A stretch of DNA of 64,000 nt from NCBI GenBank assembly GCA_963780425.1, contig CAWABZ010000004.1, positions 20,714 to 84,713 of the forward strand, written 5' to 3'. Positions 51,849-62,956 of this stretch are shown here, one piece after another. This DNA is from an uncultured Chloroflexia bacterium (lineage in GTDB: Bacteria > Chloroflexota > Limnocylindria > Limnocylindrales > CSP1-4). A model generated the notes under the pieces. It did no database searches. It was not told where the DNA came from and saw only the letters and a program-made list of their open reading frames with translations. A program made the position numbers and the translations under genes. Position 1 is the first letter of the stretch. Each line of letters starts with the position of its first letter.

Positions 51849-52764
51849 ATGCGCCGGCAAACGGTCAGCACTCGGCCGCTCCGGGCGTGGGTCGCCCTCG
51901 GACTGCTGACCGTCCTCGTCGGCTGTAACGCGACGGCCGGGTCCTTGTCGACCCCCGGGGGCAGCCAGGGGTCGCTTGAATCCAAGGTGCCGACGCCGAC
52001 CGTCGCGCCGCCACCGCGACTGACCCTGTCGACAACGCCGGCAGAACCCACAGCGCCCCTCCGGCCGTCGGCGACACCGGTCATGCCTGAAGCTACCCCC
52101 GCACCGACCGCCCGCCTCGACCCGGCACCCAAGCCCGGCCCGTTCACGATGAACCTGTATCGGCGGGGCGACTTCGCCAGCCAGGTGACGAAGATCTACT
52201 GCGTGCCCGGCGCGATGCAGACGATGATGAATGTCATGGACCGCGGCACGACTAAAGCGTCGCGAGCCGTCCAGGACCGGCTCTATCGACTCGCCCGCCG
52301 CCTGTCGACCGATCGATTGCGTGGTCAGGGTGCGGAGCCAGAGGGCTGGGCCCGAGGGCTCGAACGGCTCGGCTACGGTCAGTACGAGGTCAAGGTCTCG
52401 AACTCGCGCAAGGGCGCGATCCGCGCGGCGGCACGTGCACTCCGTCAAACGAATCGCCCGGTCGGCCTGCTCGTGTGGCGCGGTGCGCATGCCTGGGTCA
52501 TGACCGGGTTCAAGGCTACGGCCGATCCGGCCAAGACGGAGTCCTTCAGCGTCACGCACGTCCGCATCGTCGACGTCTGGTATCCGCGTGTCAGCTCGAT
52601 CTGGGGTGCGTCGGTCGAGCCGAACACGCTGGTTCCCTTTGACAGGCTCGATGACGACTACCTGCCCTTTAGGCGGCCGCTGATGCGTTACCCGGACAAG
52701 GACCGCCGATTTCGTGATCGTCGCGCCCGTCGCCGACCTCGGTGCGTCCGCCCCAATCGGCTAG
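51849..52764 (+). CDS. Lipoprotein with papain-like/C39-like peptidase domain (frameshift near 52710)
   Basis: LVGC lipobox, Pro/Thr linker, Q....YCVPG (Cys), RPVGLLVWRGAHAWVMTG (His), VRIVD (Asp). Confidence 0.65.
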
Positions 52765-52776
52765 ACTCCGCGGGCC

Positions 52777-53373
52777 ATGCCTTCCGCCGACCCCGGCGCA
52801 CCCTCCGTGCGCCCGGCCGACGTCGAGCGCTGGCTCAGCGACCTGGGTCTCGAACCGGTCGACCGGGCCGAGCGCGATGGGATCGCCAGCTGGGATCTCG
52901 TGCTCGACGGGCGCCGCCGCTTCGATCTTCGGGTGACGATCATCCTCGACCCGTCGCTGGCCCTCATCTGCTGGGCCCATTTCGCGCCGCCCATCGGCGA
53001 CATGTTCCGCAAGTCGTACCGCAAGCTGCTCCGCTGGAACGACGAGTTCCCGTTCGCCAAGTTCGGCATCGGCGAGGATGAGCGGCCGCTGCTGTCGATC
53101 GAACTGCCGATCGCCGACGTCGAGGCGACACCCACCGCAGACCGGCTGGGGCTGGCCCTCGCCCGGATCGTCGGGATCGCCGACCGGTTGCTGGACGAGT
53201 CGGCCGTCTGGCTGTGGATCGGCGGTCGGATGCCCGACCAGTCGGACCGGACGCCGCGCAATGCCGCGTTCCTCGCGCGGTATGACGACCGGCTGGTGGA
53301 GCTCGCGCCCGCGGAGCTCACGCCCGCGGAGCTCACGCCCGCGCCGCTCGGCGACGGTGAGGTCGTCTCGTGA
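52777..53373 (+). CDS. YbjN/T3SS-chaperone-like domain protein
   Basis: VERWLSDLGL, WDLVLDG, YRKLLRWNDEFPFAKFGI, LLSIELP; C-terminal 15-bp x3 repeat at 53298-53342. Confidence 0.7.
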   Translation: MPSADPGAPSVRPADVERWLSDLGLEPVDRAERDGIASWDLVLDGRRRFDLRVTIILDPSLALICWAHFAPPIGDMFRKSYRKLLRWNDEFPFAKFGIGEDERPLLSIELPIADVEATPTADRLGLALARIVGIADRLLDESAVWLWIGGRMPDQSDRTPRNAAFLARYDDRLVELAPAELTPAELTPAPLGDGEVVS

Positions 53374-55394
53374 CGGCGTGGCGGTCCGGCCGGTCTGCGG
53401 TCCTCATGCTGGTCGCCGTCGCTGTCGCGGCGACCGGGCTCCTGGGGAGCCCCACCGACGTCCGCGCCGCGACCCCGGACCTCACGATCGTCGCCGCCGC
53501 GCGCTACGACGTGCAGCCGGCCCAGCAGCGGATCCGCGTCACGGTCGATCTCACGCTCACGAATCGACTGCGCGACACGAAGACCAACAGGTACTTCTTC
53601 GATCATGCGTTCCTGGCCGTGCTGCCGGGCGGGAGCGGCTATCGGCTGAGCTGGGCGGGCAGTGGCCAGCCGACCGCGACCGTCGCGCGGAAGACGAAGA
53701 CGCACACGCTGCTGCGGCTCAACCTCGCACAGGACCTGAACAGCGGCAGGACCGCCAAGTACCGCCTCACGTTCGACCTCAAGGACCCCGGCGGCCAGCC
53801 CACGCGGGACCTGCGCATCGGCGACACGCTCGTGTCGTTCCCGGTATGGGCATTCGCGAGCGACGAGACCCCGGGCAGCTCGGTCACCGTGGTCTTTCCG
53901 AAGGGTTACGAGATCGCGGTCGAGGCAGGGCGCATCCCTGCGCCCACGACGACGAGCGACGGTCGGACCATCTTCCGGAGCGGCGTCCTCTCCAGGCCGC
54001 TTGACTTCTTCGCGTACCTCGTCGGCGACCGCCCCGGTGCCTATACCGACTCGACAGTCGAGACCACCGTGCAGGGCCAGCCGGTCGAGGTCATCGTCCG
54101 CGCGTGGTCCGACGACAAGCCGTGGGCCCGGAAGGTCGGCCGCCTGCTCGCGACCGCTCTGCCCGCGCTGGGCGCCCGGATCGGCCTGCCGTGGCCCGAC
54201 TACGACCAGCCGCTGACCGTCCAGGAGGCCGTCAGCCGGTCGACCGGCGGCTATGCCGGCATCTTCGACCCCTCGGCGGGGACGGTCGCCATCGCCTACT
54301 ACGCGGACGACTTCGTGGTGCTGCACGAGGCGGCGCACGCCTGGTTCAACGGGTCGCTGCTGGCCGACCGCTGGGCGAACGAGGCATTCGCCTCCTATTA
54401 CGGCGCGGTGGCTGCCGAGGATGCCAGCATCAAGGTCACGACCGACCGCCTGACGCCCGAGCTCGAGAAGGCCAAGATCCCGCTCAACAGCTGGAGCCCT
54501 GCGGGAACCCTCGAGGTGGCGCAGGAGGACTACGCCTACGCCGCGTCATTCACGCTCGCCAGGCAGATCGCCGAGCGCGCCGGACCGGACGGCCTCCGGG
54601 CCGTCTGGGCGGACGTGTCGGATCGGCGCAGCGCCTACCAGCCGGTAGGCGGCGGGGACGAGATCGTGGGCGGCCCGGTCGACTGGCGAGGCCTGCTCGA
54701 CCTGCTCGAGGCGCGGAGCGACACGACGTACGACGACCTGTGGCGGACCTGGGTCGCGCGGCCCGAGGACGTGCCGCATCTCGACGCGCGCCTCGGCGCA
54801 CGGTCGCGCTACGACGCATTCCTCGGGGTAGTCGGTGAGTGGGACGTCCCGCTGTCGATCCGCGACGCGATGCGCGCCTGGCGGTTCGAGGACGCGACGG
54901 CGCTCATCGATGGCGCCGAGGACGTGCTGGCCCTCCGCGGCCGCGTCGAGCGGGCCGCGTCGGCGGCCGGGCTGACCGCGCCGGCCTCCCTGCAGCAGAC
55001 GTTCGAGGACGACGACGGCTTCGATGACGCGATGGCCGAAGGGGGAGCCGAACTCGAGGCGATCGACCGCTACGCGGCCGCAGACGCCGAGCGACCGACT
55101 GCGATGACGCCGCTCATGACGCTCGGGATGTGGAGCAAGCATCCGGACGCCGACCTGGCTGCGGCGCGGGAGGCGTTCGCGCGCGGCGAGCTGGCAGCAT
55201 CGGTCGCGGCGTCGGACGCGGCTGCCGCGACGTGGGTGAGCGCGGAAACGGTCGGCCAGGGCAGGGCGTTCAGCATCGCCACGATCGTGATCGCGCTGCT
55301 GTTCCTGCTGGCGCTGCTGGTCGTGACCATGAGGCGGCGCCGTCGGCGACACGTCAGGATGCAGGCGTCACGGCTCCGGACAGGACCGGGATGA
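53370..55394 (+). CDS. Membrane-anchored gluzincin (M1/MA-like) metallopeptidase, paralogue A
   Basis: Signal peptide, VLHEAAHAWF...WANEAFASYY, C-terminal TM + Arg run. Confidence 0.8.
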   Translation: MTAWRSGRSAVLMLVAVAVAATGLLGSPTDVRAATPDLTIVAAARYDVQPAQQRIRVTVDLTLTNRLRDTKTNRYFFDHAFLAVLPGGSGYRLSWAGSGQPTATVARKTKTHTLLRLNLAQDLNSGRTAKYRLTFDLKDPGGQPTRDLRIGDTLVSFPVWAFASDETPGSSVTVVFPKGYEIAVEAGRIPAPTTTSDGRTIFRSGVLSRPLDFFAYLVGDRPGAYTDSTVETTVQGQPVEVIVRAWSDDKPWARKVGRLLATALPALGARIGLPWPDYDQPLTVQEAVSRSTGGYAGIFDPSAGTVAIAYYADDFVVLHEAAHAWFNGSLLADRWANEAFASYYGAVAAEDASIKVTTDRLTPELEKAKIPLNSWSPAGTLEVAQEDYAYAASFTLARQIAERAGPDGLRAVWADVSDRRSAYQPVGGGDEIVGGPVDWRGLLDLLEARSDTTYDDLWRTWVARPEDVPHLDARLGARSRYDAFLGVVGEWDVPLSIRDAMRAWRFEDATALIDGAEDVLALRGRVERAASAAGLTAPASLQQTFEDDDGFDDAMAEGGAELEAIDRYAAADAERPTAMTPLMTLGMWSKHPDADLAAAREAFARGELAASVAASDAAAATWVSAETVGQGRAFSIATIVIALLFLLALLVVTMRRRRRRHVRMQASRLRTGPG

Positions 55395-55417
55395 GGTCCG
55401 GAGCGGAGGGCGGTGTC

Positions 55418-57541
55418 ATGACCACGGAACGGGGACGCCGCCTGCGATCGCTGGCGATCCTCGCAGCGGCGGGCACGATCGCCCTGATCGCCTCGTTCGC
55501 GCCCACGGCCGTCGGCACGGTCAACGCCGCGGACGACTTCCTCAGGCTCGGCGCCGACGCCACGTATCGCGTCGATCCAGGCGATCGACTCGTGCGCGTG
55601 CGGATCGACTTCGACGCCACGAACCTGCGGCCGAACGCGGTCAGTCGCTCGTCGCTCGGCACGACCACGACCCGCTATTACTTCGATCGCATCGTCTTCG
55701 CCGTCCCGGCCGAGGCTCGGTCGCTTCAGGCAACGTCTGCCGGCGGCGCCCTCACCACGAGCGTCCGAGCACGGGACCGCTACCGCGAGGTGACGGTCCG
55801 CTTCCCGAACCTGTTCTATCGGGCATCCCGGGCCATCCGCGTGGAGTTCACGCTGCCTGGCGGCAAGCCGCGCTCGACGAGCGACATCCGTGTCGGGTCG
55901 GCGTTCACGACATTCACGGCATGGGCGTGGGGCGACGCCGGGCGATCGACCGTCCGGATCATCCTGCCGACTGGTTTCGACGACGCCGGCTACGGGGAGG
56001 ACATCGTCCAGCGCACCCGACCCGACCAGGTGGAGATGTCGACCGGCACGATCCGCCGGCCTGACGAGTGGTATCGCGTGGTCGTCGCGGATCGGCCGAC
56101 GGCCCTAACCGATCTGCGCATCGAGCCGGGCGGGCGGGGCGTCGTCGTGAAGGCCTGGCCCGAGGACACCGTCTGGCGCGATCGGGTCGCCGACGTGCTC
56201 GACGAGGGGCTGCCCGCGCTCGAGGAGTTGGTCGGTCTGCCGTGGCCCGTGTCGGGCGACCTGTCGGTGAGCGAGGTCCACGCGCCACTGCTCCACGGCT
56301 ATGCCGGGTTCTACGACGCGAGCACCGACGAGATCGCGATGAGCGAGGACCTCGACGATCACACGATCCTGCACGAGGCGTCGCACGCGTGGTTCAACGG
56401 GGACCTCATCGACGATCGCTGGATCGATGAGGGCCTGGCCGAGTACTACGCCGACCGCGTCCGCCAGACGCTCGGCCTGTCGAACGAGTTCGCGCCGACC
56501 GTGATCGAGCCCACCGACGCGGGGGCATTCCCCCTGAACGACTGGCCGGACCCCGCCCGCATCGACTCAGCCGAGTCGGATCAGAAGGAGCGCTTCGGAT
56601 ACGGCGCCGGGTATACCGTGATCCGGCGGATCGCCGAGGACATCGGCGACGACGGGATGAAGGCTGTCCTCGCGGCTGCGAACTCCGGCGAGAACCCTTA
56701 TGCCGGCGACGCCGGCGCGGAGAAGACCGGCGCCGATCCCGACTGGCGACGCTTCCTCGACCTCGTCGAGGAAGTCGGCGACACCGACACAGCCGACGAC
56801 CTGTTCGGGCGATGGGTCGTGACGGCCGAGGAACGGGGAACGCTCCGGACCCGCGAGGACGCACGTGACGCTTATGCGGCACTCGACGCGGCCGGTGCGG
56901 AGTGGGCCGTGCCGCGCGGGATCCGGGCGTACATGAGCCTGTGGCGATTCCCCGACGCGACCAAGCTGATCGACGAAGCCGAGCCGGTGCTGGCGCGCCG
57001 CGACGACCTTGCCGCCGCGACCGCCGACCTCCAGCTGGCGTCGCCGTCCGATCTCGAGAGGCCGTTCGAGGAGGCGCTGGCAAGCGATGACCTCGGCGAG
57101 GTCAAGGCCACGCTCGAGGACCGCATCGAGACCGCGGGAGCGATCGCACAGGCGCGAGATGCGCTGGCGGCCGAGCGCACGCCGCTCGTGGCGCTGGGGC
57201 TGGCGGGTGCGACGCCGGATGCGGGCTATGAGGCCGCGCGGGCGGCGTTCGAGTCGGGCGACGTCGCGGCCGCAACCACCGCGTCCGCGGCAACGATGTC
57301 GCTCCTGACGGGGGCGGAGTCGGTCGGCACGACCCGGGCGGTGGTCATCGGCGCGGTCGTGGTCGGCCTGTTGTTGCTGCTGGCGGTCCTGATCGTCGTC
57401 AGGCGTCGCCGCCGACGGTTCGCTGCCAGCGGCGTGACGTGGGCATCGTCTACACTCCCGGCCACGCCGGAGCCGGAGGCCGCGCGACCCGCGGTGCCGT
57501 CGACGCCGAACGAGACCGCACCAGGAGCCGAGCCGGACTGA
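55418..57541 (+). CDS. Membrane-anchored gluzincin (M1/MA-like) metallopeptidase, paralogue B
   Basis: GGAGG RBS, signal peptide, ILHEASHAWF...WIDEGLAEYY, C-terminal TM + Arg run. Confidence 0.8.
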   Translation: MTTERGRRLRSLAILAAAGTIALIASFAPTAVGTVNAADDFLRLGADATYRVDPGDRLVRVRIDFDATNLRPNAVSRSSLGTTTTRYYFDRIVFAVPAEARSLQATSAGGALTTSVRARDRYREVTVRFPNLFYRASRAIRVEFTLPGGKPRSTSDIRVGSAFTTFTAWAWGDAGRSTVRIILPTGFDDAGYGEDIVQRTRPDQVEMSTGTIRRPDEWYRVVVADRPTALTDLRIEPGGRGVVVKAWPEDTVWRDRVADVLDEGLPALEELVGLPWPVSGDLSVSEVHAPLLHGYAGFYDASTDEIAMSEDLDDHTILHEASHAWFNGDLIDDRWIDEGLAEYYADRVRQTLGLSNEFAPTVIEPTDAGAFPLNDWPDPARIDSAESDQKERFGYGAGYTVIRRIAEDIGDDGMKAVLAAANSGENPYAGDAGAEKTGADPDWRRFLDLVEEVGDTDTADDLFGRWVVTAEERGTLRTREDARDAYAALDAAGAEWAVPRGIRAYMSLWRFPDATKLIDEAEPVLARRDDLAAATADLQLASPSDLERPFEEALASDDLGEVKATLEDRIETAGAIAQARDALAAERTPLVALGLAGATPDAGYEAARAAFESGDVAAATTASAATMSLLTGAESVGTTRAVVIGAVVVGLLLLLAVLIVVRRRRRRFAASGVTWASSTLPATPEPEAARPAVPSTPNETAPGAEPD

Positions 57542-58579
57542 ATGGGCATCCAGCGGGCCCGACCCTCCCACGAGATCCTGTCGGGCGACTCAGCCGACGT
57601 CTACTTCGCGCGGGCGGAGAGCATCCTCGCCGCCGAGGGCCTCGACCCCGTCGTCACGATGGAGGTGTTCACGCGTCGAGAGGCCGTCCTGTGCGGCATC
57701 GACGAGGCCAAGAACCTGATCGGCCACGTGCTCGCGGACTGCGATCCCGAGGAGACCACGGTCGAAGCGCTGTCCGACGGCGCCCGGATCGGCCCGCGCG
57801 AGGTCGTCCTGCGGATCCGGGCCAGGTACCGCCGGTTCGGGCTGTACGAGACGGCCCTTCTGGGGATGCTCGCCCAGTCGACCGGCTGGGCGACGGCAGC
57901 CCGCGAGATCGTCGACATCGCGGCGCCCGAGCCCGTCATCAGCTTCGGGGCCCGGCACGTCCATCCGGACATCACCGACGTCCTCGACTACGCGGCGATC
58001 GTCGGTGGGTGCGTCGGCGCCTCGACCCCGGCCGGCGCACGGCTGGCTGGTCTGGCCCCGACCGGCACGATGCCGCATTCGCTGGTCCTGATCTTCGGCG
58101 ACACCGTCGAGGCGGCGCTCGCGTTCGACCGCCACCTGGGCGAGGACGTCGCCCGGATCGTGCTCGTCGACACGTTCAAGGACGAGGCCGAGGAGGCGCT
58201 GCGAGTCGCGCACGCGCTCGGCGACAGGCTGTACGGCATCCGGCTCGATACGCCCTCCGAGCGCGGCCGGGTCACGGCCGACCTCGTCCACGAGGTCCGT
58301 GCCCGCCTCGACATGGAGGGCTACCAGCACGTCAAGATCGTCGTGTCGGGCGGGCTCAACCCCGATCGGATCAGCTATTTCAAGGAGGCCGGCGCCCCGA
58401 TCGACTCGTACGCGGTGGGCTCGTTCATCAGCGGCGCCAGCCCGATCGACTTCACCGGCGATATCAAGGAGATCGACGGGCGCGCGATCGCGAAGCGCGG
58501 CCGGATCCCGGGCATCACGGAGTCACCCCGGCTCCAGCCGGTCGACCTCGCCCCGTATCGCCTGGTCGCGAGCGGCTAG
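57542..58579 (+). CDS. pncB: Nicotinate phosphoribosyltransferase (short archaeal/QPRT-like type)
   Basis: ADVYF, SFGARH, PTGTMPHSL, LVDTF, GIRLDTP, IVVSGGL, AKRGR. Confidence 0.88.
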   Translation: MGIQRARPSHEILSGDSADVYFARAESILAAEGLDPVVTMEVFTRREAVLCGIDEAKNLIGHVLADCDPEETTVEALSDGARIGPREVVLRIRARYRRFGLYETALLGMLAQSTGWATAAREIVDIAAPEPVISFGARHVHPDITDVLDYAAIVGGCVGASTPAGARLAGLAPTGTMPHSLVLIFGDTVEAALAFDRHLGEDVARIVLVDTFKDEAEEALRVAHALGDRLYGIRLDTPSERGRVTADLVHEVRARLDMEGYQHVKIVVSGGLNPDRISYFKEAGAPIDSYAVGSFISGASPIDFTGDIKEIDGRAIAKRGRIPGITESPRLQPVDLAPYRLVASG

Positions 58580-58624
58580 CCCACGGCCCGATCCGGGCCC
58601 TGTTTCGGGGCTTCATGCGACCAT

Positions 58625-59047
58625 TTGGTCGTGGACGATCAGATCCAGGACGACGGACCAGAGCGAGAGTCGGCCTACGAGCTGTTCCAACGCGGCCAGT
58701 CGCTGCTGGCCTCGCGTCATCACGCGCAGGCCGCCATCGTGCTCGAGCGCGCGGATCGCCTGGAACCCGGCAAGGCGTCGATCCTCGAGGCCCTCGGGCG
58801 CGCCTACTTCAACTCCGGCCAGCACGAGCTCGCACGGACCACCTTCGAGCGGATCCTGAACCTCGACCCGTCCGCGCCGTACGCGCATTTCGCGCTGGGC
58901 CAGAGCCTGAAGAAGCTCGGGCGCCGAAACGAAGCGGGGACCCATCTGCGGTTGGCCGTCGCGCTGAGCCCGGACTCGTCGCTGTACCGGGACGCGTTGG
59001 CGCGCCTCGGGGCGGACGGGACACCCAGCCGCCGGAAGCGGCCCTAG
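58625..59047 (+). CDS. Tetratricopeptide repeat protein
   Basis: TPR-like helices EALGRAYFNSG, AHFALGQSLKKLG, AVALSP. Confidence 0.85.
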   Translation: MVVDDQIQDDGPERESAYELFQRGQSLLASRHHAQAAIVLERADRLEPGKASILEALGRAYFNSGQHELARTTFERILNLDPSAPYAHFALGQSLKKLGRRNEAGTHLRLAVALSPDSSLYRDALARLGADGTPSRRKRP

Positions 59048-59063
59048 CCAGCCGGCAGCGGTC

Positions 59064-59692
59064 CTAACCGCCGGGGCGGACCTCGTCGATCACGCGCGCC
59101 AGCCAGAACAGCCCGACGATCGACTTCGCGTCGCGGATCTCGCCCTGTTCGGCGGCTTTCACGGCATCCCGCCAGGGACGCCACTCGAGGATGAGTCGCT
59201 CGTCCTCGTCCGGCCCGAGACGGCCGTCCGCTGACGCCGCCGCCAGGTCGGTGGCGATGTACAGGTGCATCAGCTCGTCGGTGAAGCCCGGCGCCGAGTA
59301 GAACTCGCCGAGCTTGCGCCACGACCCGGCGCGCACCCCGGTCTCCTCCTCGAGCTCGCGGCGTGCCGCATGCTCTGGTTCCTCCTTGGAGCCGTCGGCC
59401 TCCAGGTCGAGCCCGCCGGCCGGGATCTCGAGCAGGGCGTCGTTGGCCGCCAGCCGCCACTGGCGGACGAGCGCCACACGACCCTGGGCGTCCAGCGCGA
59501 CGATCGCCACCGCACCCGGATGACCGGCGAAGTCGCGCGTGGCCCGCGACCCGTCGCTCCGCTCGACCGTGTCGACCCGGAATTCCAGGAACTTGCCTCG
59601 ATGGAGCACGCGCCGATCGACGACGCGCTCGCGAAGATCGGCCCCGGAGTGATCCTCCGGGGCCGTCGGCTGCGGTGTGCGTGGATCGTCGG

Positions 59693-59696
<4 letters not shown>
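59064..59696 (-). CDS. Nudix hydrolase, ADP-ribose pyrophosphatase-like (probable CTG start)
   Basis: [20 protein letters not shown]...[25 protein letters not shown]. Confidence 0.9.
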
Positions 59697-60796
<1,100 letters not shown>

Positions 60797-61000
60797 GGGC
60801 GCAGTCCTCCGGCCTGGTCCGCCATCGCGGGTCCATGCATCCCAGTCGCACAAGCGATGTCGCGCCCGAAGGCGTGACGCGGACGGACCCCGTACGTGGC
60901 GGCGCAGGGTCTCGCATCGTACGGTCGGGGTGCTCGGGGCGCAAGCGTCGGACCGATCCGCATCCGCGCCCGGGCGACCGTCGTACCATCACATGGTTCG

Positions 61001-61813
61001 ATGCAGCTCGCGGCAGACATCACGCGCCGCACATTCCTGGTCCATGCCGGACGCGGGACGATCGCCCTGGCCGTGCTCGGCGTGGCAGGGTGCGGGCCGT
61101 CGGCGATCAGCTCCGCCGCGACGCCCTCGGGGGACGGCGAGCCATCGAGTGCCGCCAGCCCGGAGTCGATCGCGGCCGGCGCGTCGAGCCCGCCCGCAAG
61201 CGGACCGCCATCTGCCGCGACCGGCGGCGTGACGTGGCACCGCGCCAATCTGGGGTTCGTGTCGGCCTACATCCTGGCCCGCGCCGGTGAGGCTGCGATC
61301 GTCGACACAGGGGTCGCGGGCAGCGAAGGCGCGATCGGGGACGCCTTGACCGCCGCCGGTCTCGGCTGGGACGCGGTCGGCCACGTCATCCTGACCCACC
61401 GCCACGGCGATCACGCCGGGAGCATCGACGCGATCCTCGGCGCGGCACCCGACGCGACGGCGTATGCGGGTGCCGAGGACATCCCGGCCATCGCCGCCGC
61501 TCGTCCCGTCACGGCGGTCGGCGACGGGGAGGATGTGTTCGGCCTTCGCATCGTCACGACGCCGGGCCACACGGCCGGGCACATCGCGGTCCTCGACGAG
61601 GTCGGTCGGATCCTCGTCGCCGGCGATGCGCTCGGGACCACTGGTGGCACACTGGCGGGCTCGAACCCGCAGTTCACCGAGGATGCGGCAGCGGCCAAGG
61701 CGTCGATAGCCAAGCTCGGTGCGCTCCAGTTCGACATCCTGCTGGTCGGCCACGGTGAGCCGATCCTCGAGGGTGCCGCAGGCCAGGTCGCAGCGCTCGC
61801 CGCGGGCGGCTGA
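61001..61813 (+). CDS. Tat-exported MBL-fold metallohydrolase lipoprotein
   Basis: TRRTFL twin-arginine, VAGC lipobox, THRHGDHAG, TPGHT, AGDA, GHG. Confidence 0.85.
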   Translation: MQLAADITRRTFLVHAGRGTIALAVLGVAGCGPSAISSAATPSGDGEPSSAASPESIAAGASSPPASGPPSAATGGVTWHRANLGFVSAYILARAGEAAIVDTGVAGSEGAIGDALTAAGLGWDAVGHVILTHRHGDHAGSIDAILGAAPDATAYAGAEDIPAIAAARPVTAVGDGEDVFGLRIVTTPGHTAGHIAVLDEVGRILVAGDALGTTGGTLAGSNPQFTEDAAAAKASIAKLGALQFDILLVGHGEPILEGAAGQVAALAAGG

Positions 61814-61949
61814 GGGCCGCGAGCCGGATTGCGCCACGGACGATGCTGGGCGCCACAAGGTCGTCGTGACGCGCGCTATTCACGGTCGGCTTCCGGTCGT
61901 TCCGGCGTCTGATCCGGCGCGTTACGATCGACGGACGAGGAGGTCGTCC

Positions 61950-62884
61950 ATGCAGACCAGCCCTGCGCTCCACGTCGCGCGCGATCGCTTCCATCTGGCC
62001 TGGGATCCCGCGATCCCGGCGATCGAGACGGTCGACAGCGGCGCGGTCATCGAGTTCGACATGCTCGATTCGTCAGGCGGCCAGCTGACTGCGACGTCGA
62101 CGGTCGAGGACCTCGGTCGCGACTGGACTTCGACCGCGTCGACCAGGTCAACGGCCCGATCGCGGTCCGCGGCGCCGCACCCGGGGACACGCTCCAGATC
62201 GATCTCCTCGAGTTCGAGCCGGCCGACTGGGGTTGGACCGCGAGCATCCCGGGCTTCGGGCTGCTGGCCGACGAGTTCACGGACCCGTACCTGCGCATCA
62301 CGACGGTGCCGCGTGCCGGCGAACGCGCCGAGTTCCTGCCCGGTGTTCGCGTGCCGATCGTCCCGTTCTGCGGCGAGGTCGGGGTCGCGCCGGAGACGGG
62401 CCCGCGCTCCACGATCCCGCCGGATCTCCATGGCGGCAACATGGACACGCGTCACCTGACGGCCGGCTCGACGCTGTTCTTGCCGGTGTTCCACGAGGGC
62501 GCCCGGCTATCGATGGGTGACGGGCACGCCGCCCAGGGCGACGGCGAGGTGTGCGGCACCGCGATCGAGACGCCGATGCGCGCCGTCGTCCGCGTGACGG
62601 TCCGCAAGGATCTCCACCTGACCGGCCCGGAATTCCTGACGGCAGACGTTCCGGCGACGCCGGGCGGCCGGCGCTATGCGACCGACGGCATCGGTCCAGA
62701 CCTCAACGGCGCGGCGCGCGACGCGGTGCGCCGCATGATCGACTGGCTCGGCCGCGAGCACGGCATCACGCCGGTCGACGCCTACCTGCTCACGAGCGTC
62801 GCGGTCGACCTCCGGATCAGCGAGATCGTGGACATGCCGAACGTCGTCGTCACGGCCCATTGTCCGCTGTCGATCTTCGATTGA
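61950..62884 (+). CDS. Acetamidase/formamidase family protein (frameshift near 62120)
   Basis: GPIAVRGAAPGD, HGGNMD, GDGHAAQGDGEVCGTAIE, DLRISEIVD. Confidence 0.9.
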
Positions 62885-62888
62885 GGCA

Positions 62889-62915
62889 TCGCCCCGCGGG
62901 GCAGCCGCGGGGCGA
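62889..62915. terminator. Hairpin between convergent genes
   Basis: TCGCCCCGCGG-N5-CCGCGGGGCGA. Confidence 0.55.
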
Positions 62916-62956
62916 AGTCTTCGCGTGGTTCGGTTTGGAAGCGTGGCTACGTCGCG

